A program made the position numbers and the translations under genes. Below, one piece after another: positions 1 to 7,571 of a stretch of DNA of 21,891 nucleotides. The stretch comes from a virus (Duplodnaviria > Heunggongvirae > Uroviricota > Caudoviricetes), in IMG/VR virus record IMGVR_UViG_2778261300_000004, positions 1 to 21,891 of that record. One strand, given 5' to 3'. Under the pieces are notes generated by a model. It did not search any database and was not told where the DNA came from. It was given only the letters and a program-made list of their open reading frames with translations. Each line of letters starts with the position of its first letter. Position 1 is the stretch's first letter.

Positions 1-516
1 ATGAAATTTAAAAAATGTCTTCTGCCTGTGGCAATGTTAGCGTCATTCACTCTGGCAGGATGCCAGTCAAATGCTGACGATCATGCCGCCGATGTTTATC
101 AAACCGATCAACTGAATACCAAACAAGAAACTAAAACCGTTAATATTATTTCCATTCTTCCCGCAAAAGTTGCCGTAGACAACTCCCAAAATAAACGGAA
201 CGCACAAGCCTTCGGCGCGCTTATTGGCGCAGTCGCTGGCGGTGTTATCGGCCACAACGTCGGTTCTGGCAGCAATTCCGGAACGACGGCAGGGGCAGTT
301 GGCGGCGGAGCTGTAGGCGCGGCAGCGGGTTCTATGGTGAATGATAAAACCTTAGTGGAAGGTGTTTCTTTAACCTATAAGGAAGGCACCAAAGTGTATA
401 CCTCTACCCAGGTGGGTAAAGAGTGCCAGTTTACGACAGGTTTAGCCGTTGTTATTACCACGACGTATAACGAAACGCGTATTCAGCCAAATACCAAATG
501 TCCTGAAAAGAGCTAA
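1..516 (+). CDS. Outer-membrane lipoprotein with glycine-zipper segment (YcfJ / Rick_17kDa_Anti-like); probably host flank or cargo
   Basis: ATG at window start; signal peptide ending in lipobox LAGC; Gly/Ala-rich segment GALIGAVAGGVIGHNVGSG resembling the YcfJ-type glycine zipper as recalled. Confidence 0.55.
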   Translation: MKFKKCLLPVAMLASFTLAGCQSNADDHAADVYQTDQLNTKQETKTVNIISILPAKVAVDNSQNKRNAQAFGALIGAVAGGVIGHNVGSGSNSGTTAGAVGGGAVGAAAGSMVNDKTLVEGVSLTYKEGTKVYTSTQVGKECQFTTGLAVVITTTYNETRIQPNTKCPEKS

Positions 517-531
517 TAATCAGGAGGAGTC

Positions 532-1071
532 ATGAAGAAAGTTTTTCTTTGCGCCATCTTAGCCTCCTTAAGCTATCCGGCTATCGCCTCATCATTGCAG
601 GATCAACTCTCTGCTGTCGCAGAAGCGGAACAGCAAGGTAAAAATGAAGAGCAAAGGCAGCATGACGAATGGGTCGCGGAGCGCAACAGGGAAATCCAGC
701 AAGAGAAGCAACGTCGCGCAAATGCCCAGGCCGCCGCTAACAAAAGAGCGGCAACGGCAGCGGCAAATAAGAAAGCTCGTCAGGATAAACTGGACGCCGA
801 AGCCACTGCGGACAAAAAACGCGATCAAAGTTATGAAGATGAGCTACGCAGCTTAGAGATTCAGAAACAAAAACTGGCGCTGGCGAAAGAAGAAGCCCGC
901 GTTAAGCGAGAAAACGAATTTATCGATCAGGAACTGAAGCACAAAGCTGCGCAAACCGATGTGGTGCAATCTGAAGCTGACGCCAACAGAAATATGACTG
1001 AAGGCGGTCGCGATCTGATGAAAAGCGTGGGCAAAGCAGAAGAGAACAAATCGGACAGCTGGTTTAATTAA
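532..1071 (+). CDS. Secreted, highly charged coiled-coil protein of unknown function
   Basis: AGGAGG 5-10 nt upstream of ATG 532; N-terminal signal peptide; K/E/R/A/Q-rich remainder; followed by a strong terminator. Confidence 0.55.
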   Translation: MKKVFLCAILASLSYPAIASSLQDQLSAVAEAEQQGKNEEQRQHDEWVAERNREIQQEKQRRANAQAAANKRAATAAANKKARQDKLDAEATADKKRDQSYEDELRSLEIQKQKLALAKEEARVKRENEFIDQELKHKAAQTDVVQSEADANRNMTEGGRDLMKSVGKAEENKSDSWFN

Positions 1072-1111
1072 TCGATGTTAGTAACTTCAAGCCTATGATT
1101 CTTGAAGATAA

Positions 1112-1142
1112 AAAACCCTCTGTAGTAACAGAGGGTTTTGTT
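1112..1142. terminator. Bidirectional rho-independent terminator between convergent genes
   Basis: Perfect hairpin aaaaccctctg / tagtaa / cagagggtttt with A-run 5' and T-run 3', so it can terminate both the + genes and the minus-strand lysis operon. Confidence 0.7.
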
Positions 1143-1290
1143 CATTCATAGTGCAGGGATTAAAATCATTCCCACTCAATTATTTACGACAATCATAACC
1201 AATTGAGTGATAACATTTTTCCAAAACCAAATTTTTCCCGTACCGTTTTATATACCGTCACCGAAAATCAGTACCATGAAAAATGCCATG

Positions 1291-1773
1291 CTATCTGGTC
1301 AGGGTGTCGTACTGTTTTTCGCAGACTCTTCCGGCTTCGACAGCCCTGTCAGCATACTCTGCCAGTTGTCTGTTTCTCTCGAGAGATTTACTGAGCACGT
1401 CGGCAAGCAAAACTCCGGTGTCTGCGGCTGACGTCCCAGCGCCGACAATGGCGTTATACTGCCTGAGCTGCTCACGGATGGCAACGAGCTGTTGCTGCAA
1501 CCGGCCAGCGCGAGCGGCAGCATCAAGAGCATCATTGCGCGCCTGGTCGATCCTCTGCTGCGCTTCACGTTCATTGATCGCTTTCTCCTGTTCGTAGTGA
1601 TGACGAACTCTCTCATCTTCGGTTTTGCGGTCTTCTTTCGCCTGCGCATACCCGGCGTCGTACTGACGACTGCCGTGTACATTCCAGGCAACAACTCCTG
1701 ATATGACCAGAACAGCAAGCACCGCCATGATAATCAACTGTTTCCGGTATGCTTTTACGAATGCCCAGATCAT
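1291..1773 (-). CDS. Rz: Rz-like i-spanin (inner-membrane spanin subunit)
   Basis: 160 aa with one N-terminal TM helix then a charged coiled coil; start ATG overlaps the endolysin stop (ATGA); position after the endolysin. Confidence 0.7.
   Translation of the reverse strand: MIWAFVKAYRKQLIIMAVLAVLVISGVVAWNVHGSRQYDAGYAQAKEDRKTEDERVRHHYEQEKAINEREAQQRIDQARNDALDAAARAGRLQQQLVAIREQLRQYNAIVGAGTSAADTGVLLADVLSKSLERNRQLAEYADRAVEAGRVCEKQYDTLTR
1299..1535 (-). CDS. Rz1: Rz1-like o-spanin lipoprotein embedded in the +1 frame of Rz
   Basis: Internal [16 protein letters not shown] with lipobox LAGC, moderately Pro/Ser-rich mature part, entirely inside Rz. Confidence 0.5.
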   Translation of the reverse strand: MMLLMLPLALAGCSNSSLPSVSSSGSITPLSALGRQPQTPEFCLPTCSVNLSRETDNWQSMLTGLSKPEESAKNSTTP

Positions 1774-2399
1774 GCCGCCAGCACCTTACTGGCAGTGACG
1801 TACCGCGTGCGCCGGTCGTCGATGCCATTCCTGCCACCATTGATAATCAAAGTTACACGTGCAATATCGCCGGGATACTTCATGCAGCCTTTGCTGGAGA
1901 AGAACCACGCCGCGCTACGAGCCGCGTATTCGTCTTGCGTCAACAGCTCAGGATTCTCCAGCAGGTCCACTTTCAGGCCGTTTCCGCAGTCACGATAGTT
2001 ATTCAAACCGGTAATCTGGATAAGTCCGCGCCCACGGTAATTCCAACCATCACCGGGAGCATTGTTCCCCATGCGTTTGCTATACACCAGATTTGCGATC
2101 GCGCGCTGTCGCTCAAGTGGCAATGGTGGTTCACCAGCACGGCGTCCCAATGCATTAGCCTGCCCTTGGGTGAGACGCCCAGCACGAACGAAGTTGGCCA
2201 GCCCGGTAACGCTGTAGTTGAAATTCTCCTGCAACCGGGTGAAGCCTCCAGACTCATGCCCGACCATAGCAATAAACATTGCCTGATCTTCGGGGTTGCT
2301 GATACCAAACTCTTTCATCGCAGAAGTTATATGCAAGAACCAGCGTGCGGCCAGCGCCTCGCTGATACCAGCAGCTCGCTGGAATTGTTTAATCTCCAT
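1770..2399 (-). CDS. Endolysin, GH19 (chitinase-like) lysozyme type
   Basis: Starts at internal ATG 2399 ([21 protein letters not shown]...) with GAGG upstream; family assignment from recalled GH19 endolysin features; the track ORF extends upstream only through alternative frames. Confidence 0.7.
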   Translation of the reverse strand: MEIKQFQRAAGISEALAARWFLHITSAMKEFGISNPEDQAMFIAMVGHESGGFTRLQENFNYSVTGLANFVRAGRLTQGQANALGRRAGEPPLPLERQRAIANLVYSKRMGNNAPGDGWNYRGRGLIQITGLNNYRDCGNGLKVDLLENPELLTQDEYAARSAAWFFSSKGCMKYPGDIARVTLIINGGRNGIDDRRTRYVTASKVLAA

Positions 2400-2695
2400 G
2401 TTTAGACCTCGATATTTTGAAAATCTGAACAACGTTACCGCGTGTTTTAATAACCGCAGCAAGCATAACAGCGTTGATAATGACCTCAGGTAAATCCACA
2501 GCCATTGGCGTGCATAACCAGATTGCATAGACGACACGAACAGGAATACTGGCCGCAGCAACAATAAGGAAATAAGCAAGCCCCCCCCCATCTTCGGTGT
2601 TGAGAGCCATTACGCCGGAATGTGACAACGCGAATTGCTATTCCCGAACAAATAATCGCATTGGCAATAAGCAAAAAAAGCTCATGAGTTACCAT
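2389..2695 (-). CDS. Holin-like small membrane gene split into two overlapping frames at a G9 tract (frameshifted or slippage-dependent)
   Basis: ORF A (ATG 2695, GGGGAG RBS, one TM) and ORF B (ends 2389, two hydrophobic segments) overlap by 125 nt in frames differing by 1; removing one G at 2581-2589 fuses them into a ~104-aa, 3-TM protein ending 10 nt into the endolysin start. Confidence 0.4.
2581..2589. repeat. Homopolymer tract C9 on + (G9 on the coding minus strand)
   Basis: Read directly; the only long G/C homopolymer in the window, at the junction of the two holin-like frames. Confidence 0.9.
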
Positions 2696-3086
2696 TGTCT
2701 TTTCTCCCCGGAATTAACTCACGTGGATTATCTGAACGATGGTAGAGCCATATACCAATACGTACAGCGACAATCGCCGATACGAATGCTCCTGCAGAAA
2801 AGACGATCCCTTTCTCGAAAGAGTCCTGTGTGATGGTAGGGATCAGGCTGGCTATGCCGATAAGAATCGATGCTGCTGGTTTGTAAAAGAGAAGGCCGCA
2901 AAGAAAGCTGAGAATAGACAGGAGCACCCGGCGGCGGATCGGATACTCGACAGCAGAGGTAACAAAAATCACCGCTCCTGACAAAGCACCGAGCACCACC
3001 TCTGGCGGAACGCCTACGATAACCGCAGCAAGAGAACTCATACTAAGCCACTGATTTAAAGCCCCATCTGTTAGCTGAGCTGACAT
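2682..3086 (-). CDS. Membrane protein with about four predicted TM segments, first gene of the lysis cassette (holin family or lysis accessory)
   Basis: ATG 3086 preceded by GGTGG; 134 aa with four hydrophobic stretches; stop overlaps the start of the next small ORF. Confidence 0.45.
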   Translation of the reverse strand: MSAQLTDGALNQWLSMSSLAAVIVGVPPEVVLGALSGAVIFVTSAVEYPIRRRVLLSILSFLCGLLFYKPAASILIGIASLIPTITQDSFEKGIVFSAGAFVSAIVAVRIGIWLYHRSDNPRELIPGRKDNGNS

Positions 3087-3213
3087 AAAAACCACCGTTT
3101 AATGTGCATAAGACCCTCCTTAGTTGGTGAGTTTATCATACACAATAAACCATATATGGATTAAAGTTAATCAAGCAAAAGACTACCTCCCCAGGAGGTG
3201 GTTTAGGGATAAC

Positions 3214-3242
3214 AATAAAAAGATGGCGCATTGAGCGCCATC
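3214..3242 (-). terminator. Rho-independent terminator after the acyltransferase gene
   Basis: Hairpin gatggcgc / loop / gcgccatc followed on the minus strand by TTTTTA, immediately past the acyltransferase stop; a second weaker hairpin (acctcc/ggaggt) follows. Confidence 0.55.
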
Positions 3243-3245
3243 ATA

Positions 3246-4382
3246 TTAATTATGTTTGTTTGCTGCAATGTTAATAAAATACCTTTCAAAAAAATGGAAG
3301 GTTAAACATGACACAACACAAAGAAATATAAAGACAATAGTTAGCTGAAGATAAAAAATACCACCACTCATAGGAAGGTTGTTTTCTTTCATTACTTTAA
3401 AAGCGACATAAAAAATCACCCCCTGAAGTAGATATATACTGTAACTAGCCTCTCCAAGCCTTATAAATCCCTTGGTTCTAAATAGACCAAATAGATCGGC
3501 ACCTGAGCATACAGCAAAGAAACCTATCGCTGAAACAAATATGAGCTTTGTGCTAAGAGTGCCTGGTGAAAGTATAATAATGCTTAATATTGATGCAACC
3601 AACAAAATTTCTGATTGCAATTTTGTTATTTTCACCAGCAATGTTATTTCTTTCACCAACATACCAAAACAAAAAGCCGCCCATAAGTTTGCTTTGGCAT
3701 CTGGGAAAAATGATGGTACAAAATACATGGATAAAAAAGTAATGGCTGAGATGAACTCTAACGATTTTTCTCTAAATAAGTAAAGCAAAGGAAGAATGAA
3801 ATAAAACCCCCACTCCCACACAAGAGTCCATGTAACTCCAGCAGTTACATATCTTGAGTTAATCATCCCGTTTATATCTGGTCTTATATTCGTAAACCCA
3901 CAGTCAAACCAATACAAATAGTTCTGATACTTCTGAATAAAATCAGATGGAAGCCCTGTATAATACAATATTACAACTATAGCCAAAAGTGATGACAACC
4001 AAGCCATTGGCAAGATTCTAAACAGCCTTCCCTTATACATTGAAATCCAGTCAACACGCTCTGAGTCTCTTATTTTCCCCCAAAATAAAAAAGCAGTAAT
4101 CATGAAGAAAAAATAAACCCCAATATTTCCTATATAGTACATAAATGATGATGTGAACCACCATTTATTATTTATGGTAAAATTCAAAAAAAAGTCCATA
4201 TGGTCAAAGACGACCATTGATGCAAGTATATATCTTACACCTGTTAATTGCATATTTCTATGCAGCTTCACGCCTTTATCCATAAATGAGAATAAAGGCA
4301 TGGAAAATATTAAAGAAACAAATAATATAGAACCAAAAACCCATATTGCTAAATATATGCTATTCTGCATGATTGACACCAT
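3246..4382 (-). CDS. Integral-membrane acyltransferase family 3 (O-antigen acetyltransferase-like) moron
   Basis: 378 aa, roughly ten hydrophobic segments, strongly AT-rich relative to neighbours; acyltransferase-3-like N-terminal motif (LTGVRYILASMVVFDHM) and FFFMITAF; own terminator; immediately after the tailspike. Confidence 0.65.
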   Translation of the reverse strand: MVSIMQNSIYLAIWVFGSILFVSLIFSMPLFSFMDKGVKLHRNMQLTGVRYILASMVVFDHMDFFLNFTINNKWWFTSSFMYYIGNIGVYFFFMITAFLFWGKIRDSERVDWISMYKGRLFRILPMAWLSSLLAIVVILYYTGLPSDFIQKYQNYLYWFDCGFTNIRPDINGMINSRYVTAGVTWTLVWEWGFYFILPLLYLFREKSLEFISAITFLSMYFVPSFFPDAKANLWAAFCFGMLVKEITLLVKITKLQSEILLVASILSIIILSPGTLSTKLIFVSAIGFFAVCSGADLFGLFRTKGFIRLGEASYSIYLLQGVIFYVAFKVMKENNLPMSGGIFYLQLTIVFIFLCVVSCLTFHFFERYFINIAANKHN

Positions 4383-4453
4383 TTTAAATATTTATATTTA
4401 AATTATCACACATAAATAAATATAACAATAGTGCCAATCACATCAGTTATTGA

Positions 4454-6925
4454 TTAAACCACACTTAACCAACTTGAACCATTCGCAACAACTGGGCCAA
4501 CTCCACCAGCAAGACTGGTATTTGTGTTGTAACAGTGACTCCCCCTAACCGCAGTTGCGTTACTAACATCCGCAAAAATACCAAACCCTTTAATCGCCCA
4601 CGTGACCCCTGAAACCGGTGTAGATGGTATAGCTGAGTTTCCATACTGCATATGCCCACTTATATTTACAGAGCCAGTTGTTGTGGTGAAAACTTCACCC
4701 GTTTTACTTGATACGACATTACCGCCGCAAATAACAGAATAGCCACTAACCAGACTTGTTAATTTGTCTGGCCTGTTGAAAAATCCACCGATAAACTCAA
4801 ACGAGGGAGTGGTATTGTCGTAGTTAACACCAGTACTTATAAAGCTATAACCATTAGATTGGGTTAATTTGTCGAAGATAACTTTCTCTACTTTACCACT
4901 AGACTTTCTGATCACCGCCTGCCCGGAAACCAAATCAATATTCCCCGAAACAATAACGGTGTTTATCTGCCCACGGGTGATACGAACTCCGGCTGCGTCC
5001 GACACACTGGTAGCAAGTAAGGTTTTATCGAAATTAACATTAAGATTGTCTATGCGACTATTGTCGGCACCAGCACCATCACCCCCTACCTCCAGAAAAT
5101 ATGCGACATCACGAGGGCACCGACATTCCAGATTGTAGACACGAACTGCTGATGAGCCAGCCGTCCCAGTGGTTACCGACACTACAGGCACAACTGCTGC
5201 CGAGTAGTTAGCCGAGATAACGCCGATTACAGCGTTATCGACGGTAACAGTACCAGTCCCTACTGTTTTAAATTCAATGGTTCTGTAGCCAGCGCCAGCA
5301 ATTCCACCGACATTGTCGATATTCAGTGTTTTCACGTTGGTTTGTGACAGATTTGGTCCATCTGTCCACACCCTGATTACACTATGCTGGTAGCTACCAT
5401 AAACACCATCTATGCTCAGGTGGCGAACAGGTGTTGTGCTGTTTCCTGCAACCTTTACTGCACATAAAGAATTAATGCCATAAATGCCCTTAACGTCGAT
5501 GTGATTAAACGTTCCGCGCAACCCTAAATCGTAAGCAAGGTAATCCCCTCCGGTCATTGCAAACATGTCATCGCCAGTCGTACCGTACAGATCCCTTACG
5601 TAGGCATAATCAATAGGTGGCTGTAGATGAAGTCCATCAGAGTTGTTATTAAAACGAAGCCCTTGAGCATCAAGATATTGAACGTTGGCTACAAGGTAAG
5701 AATATTTTCTTGCACCTTTAATTTCCAGTCCACCACCTAATTTAACCCGCACTGCTGATGCAATGCAGATGCAATGCATTTCCATCCCATTCGAGGTGCC
5801 TCCCGTAGAATAGTTGTAGTCAACGGTCCCACCTCCCCATATCCCAATATAATCTGAGCGGTTACCAAGATCGGATGTGTTAGAAGCAAAACCTCCCGAG
5901 ACTGTCCTGTTTGACAGAACATATTCCCATTTCTCACTTACAAATACCGGCCTCAGATTGCCAGACGCGCCTGAAACCGTAACGCCGGATTTAATTTCGA
6001 TGTCGGTGTTATTAGGGACTATGATTGGCCCATTGACAAAAATAGTACCCTGATCTGCAAACACAATTCTCGTAATCGTGGACTTACCAGACAGATCGTT
6101 CAGCATGTTCTGCAAATTTGTAGAGTTAACGGTGGCACTATTTGTTGGTAAGACACCATAATCACTTACATAATAAATCCTATCTAATTTGTCTTTTACT
6201 GTCTGTAAAATCGCAAATGGTCCCTTATTTTTATATCCTGTTATTTTTGCACCATTGTTTGCTAACTCAATTAGAACATCTGAAGCCGAGCCTGATTCTG
6301 GCAAAACGGCAATTGGTCTCCCTACATCATTAAAAGCAAGAATTTTATTCGCTCTCTCTTCATTTGATGGTATCTGATCAACATAACTTTCAGGAACTCT
6401 TAGCGTCCTTTTGAAAAGGTTGTCGACATAATAGGCGACACTGTCAACATAATTTTTTGTTGCCGCATCCTGTGGATCTCGTGGGTCTCTAAGATTACGG
6501 ATATAGTTGTTTAGCGCGTCGTACCAGTTCGCGATGCTTGATGGCTTACGCAGCGCAAGGCTAAACAAACTGCGAACCTGCTGAATCAACATCGTTAGCT
6601 TATCAAACGCATCCTCATGCACCTCAGCAAAAAACTTACCCTGATTGCGCAGATCAGTTTCCTGTGTAACCGGTAGCTCTCGTGATATAGAAATCCGATA
6701 ACCGTTAGCCAACGCCTTCGACAGAATTACATTACCGCCGTTGTACCCTCCCGCACCAGTGACTGCGTAATCAGTATCAAGAGCCAGCACAGCGATATTT
6801 TCATCAAGGTCAACCACCTGTACTACCAGATCAGATTCCTGGAAAATCCTAAAGGTATAAGGGAATGAAGTCGTAACACCGTTACCTGTGTATTCGTTGT
6901 GGTCAACTTCTGTTGATACCGTCAT
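4454..6925 (-). CDS. Tailspike / receptor-binding protein, likely beta-helix glycanase
   Basis: ATG 6925 with GGAG RBS (track start is an upstream TTG); N-terminal ~150 aa (MTVSTEVDHNEYTGNGVTTSFPYTF...QETDLRNQGKFFAEVHEDAFDKL) matches the conserved tail fibre/tailspike N-domain as recalled; G/S/T/N/V-rich remainder. Confidence 0.7.
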   Translation of the reverse strand: MTVSTEVDHNEYTGNGVTTSFPYTFRIFQESDLVVQVVDLDENIAVLALDTDYAVTGAGGYNGGNVILSKALANGYRISISRELPVTQETDLRNQGKFFAEVHEDAFDKLTMLIQQVRSLFSLALRKPSSIANWYDALNNYIRNLRDPRDPQDAATKNYVDSVAYYVDNLFKRTLRVPESYVDQIPSNEERANKILAFNDVGRPIAVLPESGSASDVLIELANNGAKITGYKNKGPFAILQTVKDKLDRIYYVSDYGVLPTNSATVNSTNLQNMLNDLSGKSTITRIVFADQGTIFVNGPIIVPNNTDIEIKSGVTVSGASGNLRPVFVSEKWEYVLSNRTVSGGFASNTSDLGNRSDYIGIWGGGTVDYNYSTGGTSNGMEMHCICIASAVRVKLGGGLEIKGARKYSYLVANVQYLDAQGLRFNNNSDGLHLQPPIDYAYVRDLYGTTGDDMFAMTGGDYLAYDLGLRGTFNHIDVKGIYGINSLCAVKVAGNSTTPVRHLSIDGVYGSYQHSVIRVWTDGPNLSQTNVKTLNIDNVGGIAGAGYRTIEFKTVGTGTVTVDNAVIGVISANYSAAVVPVVSVTTGTAGSSAVRVYNLECRCPRDVAYFLEVGGDGAGADNSRIDNLNVNFDKTLLATSVSDAAGVRITRGQINTVIVSGNIDLVSGQAVIRKSSGKVEKVIFDKLTQSNGYSFISTGVNYDNTTPSFEFIGGFFNRPDKLTSLVSGYSVICGGNVVSSKTGEVFTTTTGSVNISGHMQYGNSAIPSTPVSGVTWAIKGFGIFADVSNATAVRGSHCYNTNTSLAGGVGPVVANGSSWLSVV

Positions 6926-7028
6926 GTTCAATCTCCGGATAGTCGCAGCACCCGTTGCGCCGCATACCCGGTTATTTTATTACCTTAAAAACCACATATG
7001 GATAGATAACCCATAAATACGAACAGAT

Positions 7029-7045
7029 ATCACCTTTCAGGTGAT
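7029..7045. promoter_or_regulatory. 17-bp inverted repeat A-TCACC-N5-GGTGA-T, a variant of the operator-like motif
   Basis: atcacctttcaggtgat in the divergent tailspike / SOS-gene intergenic region; same architecture as the TTACC-N5-GGTAA sites. Confidence 0.35.
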
Positions 7046-7081
7046 TTGCAAAACGTGCTGGATAGCAAATAAATTATTTGA

Positions 7082-7101
7082 TACTGTATATTCATACAGT
7101 T
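7082..7101. promoter_or_regulatory. LexA (SOS) box
   Basis: TACTGTATATTCATACAGTT matches the CTGT-N8-ACAG consensus with both arms intact (about 17/20 to TACTGTATATATATACAGTA); 20 bp upstream of ATG 7121. Confidence 0.65.
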
Positions 7102-7120
7102 ATTGCATGGAGAAGATAAG

Positions 7121-7378
7121 ATGCAGCAGTATCACTATCCACTGGAAAACGGATTTACCGAAAAGATTCACACGCCGGGAGGCGTCAGATCACTGGTGGA
7201 GGGATCGCACTTGATGAAATTACTCCGGGATCTCGATAAAGATGGATTTAATGTCGATGGTCCACTTGCCGAACTGACTGCACTGATTAACTACGTCACC
7301 AGCTCACAGATGTCTATGCAGGATCTGCAAACACATCTCGACTATTGTGCCGAACAATTACGAAAACAAACCCGGTAA
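7121..7378 (+). CDS. Small SOS-regulated protein of unknown function (candidate antirepressor or SOS-induced accessory factor)
   Basis: ATG 7121 with GGAGAAG RBS (track start is an upstream TTG at 7103); 85 aa, acidic and soluble; LexA box at its promoter; a hairpin follows. Confidence 0.5.
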   Translation: MQQYHYPLENGFTEKIHTPGGVRSLVEGSHLMKLLRDLDKDGFNVDGPLAELTALINYVTSSQMSMQDLQTHLDYCAEQLRKQTR

Positions 7379-7385
7379 ATTTAAA

Positions 7386-7401
7386 GGCCGCAAGAGCGGC
7401 C
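7386..7401. terminator. Hairpin between convergent genes (terminator-like)
   Basis: ggccgc / aaga / gcggcc; T-rich tract on the minus strand side, weaker on +. Confidence 0.4.
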
Positions 7402-7402
7402 T

Positions 7403-7414
7403 GTGACATGTCAC
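7403..7414. repeat. 12-bp perfect palindrome GTGACATGTCAC, copy 1 of 2
   Basis: Read directly; an identical copy lies at 13756-13767. Confidence 0.8.
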
Positions 7415-7421
7415 GCTCACG

Positions 7422-7562
7422 TTATGACAAGCCTATGTACCCTGCTACACCAGATAATATCAAAACAACTGCAACAGCAAATTCGCCATCGTGAATGATA
7501 CATTTACGGTTCATAACGCCAAGTGCAACAAGCGCAAACACAACAAGAATAAAAGCAATCAT
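7422..7562 (-). CDS. 46-aa hydrophobic membrane peptide (below the ORF-track cutoff)
   Basis: ATG 7562 with AGGATGAG RBS 10 nt after the 750-aa gene stop; MIAFILVVFALVALGVMNRKCIIHDGEFAVAVVLILSGVAGYIGLS gives two hydrophobic segments; stop at 7422-7424. Confidence 0.4.
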   Translation of the reverse strand: MIAFILVVFALVALGVMNRKCIIHDGEFAVAVVLILSGVAGYIGLS

Positions 7563-7571
7563 TTCTCATCC

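Noticed and set aside
1749-2405. 218-aa + strand ORF
   Set aside because: Entirely antisense to the endolysin and Rz start; no RBS and an Arg/Ser-rich low-complexity product; the minus-strand genes have coherent function and coupling.
7403-7414. Reading GTGACATGTCAC as a CRP site
   Set aside because: CRP sites have TGTGA and TCACA arms separated by 6 bp; here the arms are 4 bp apart.
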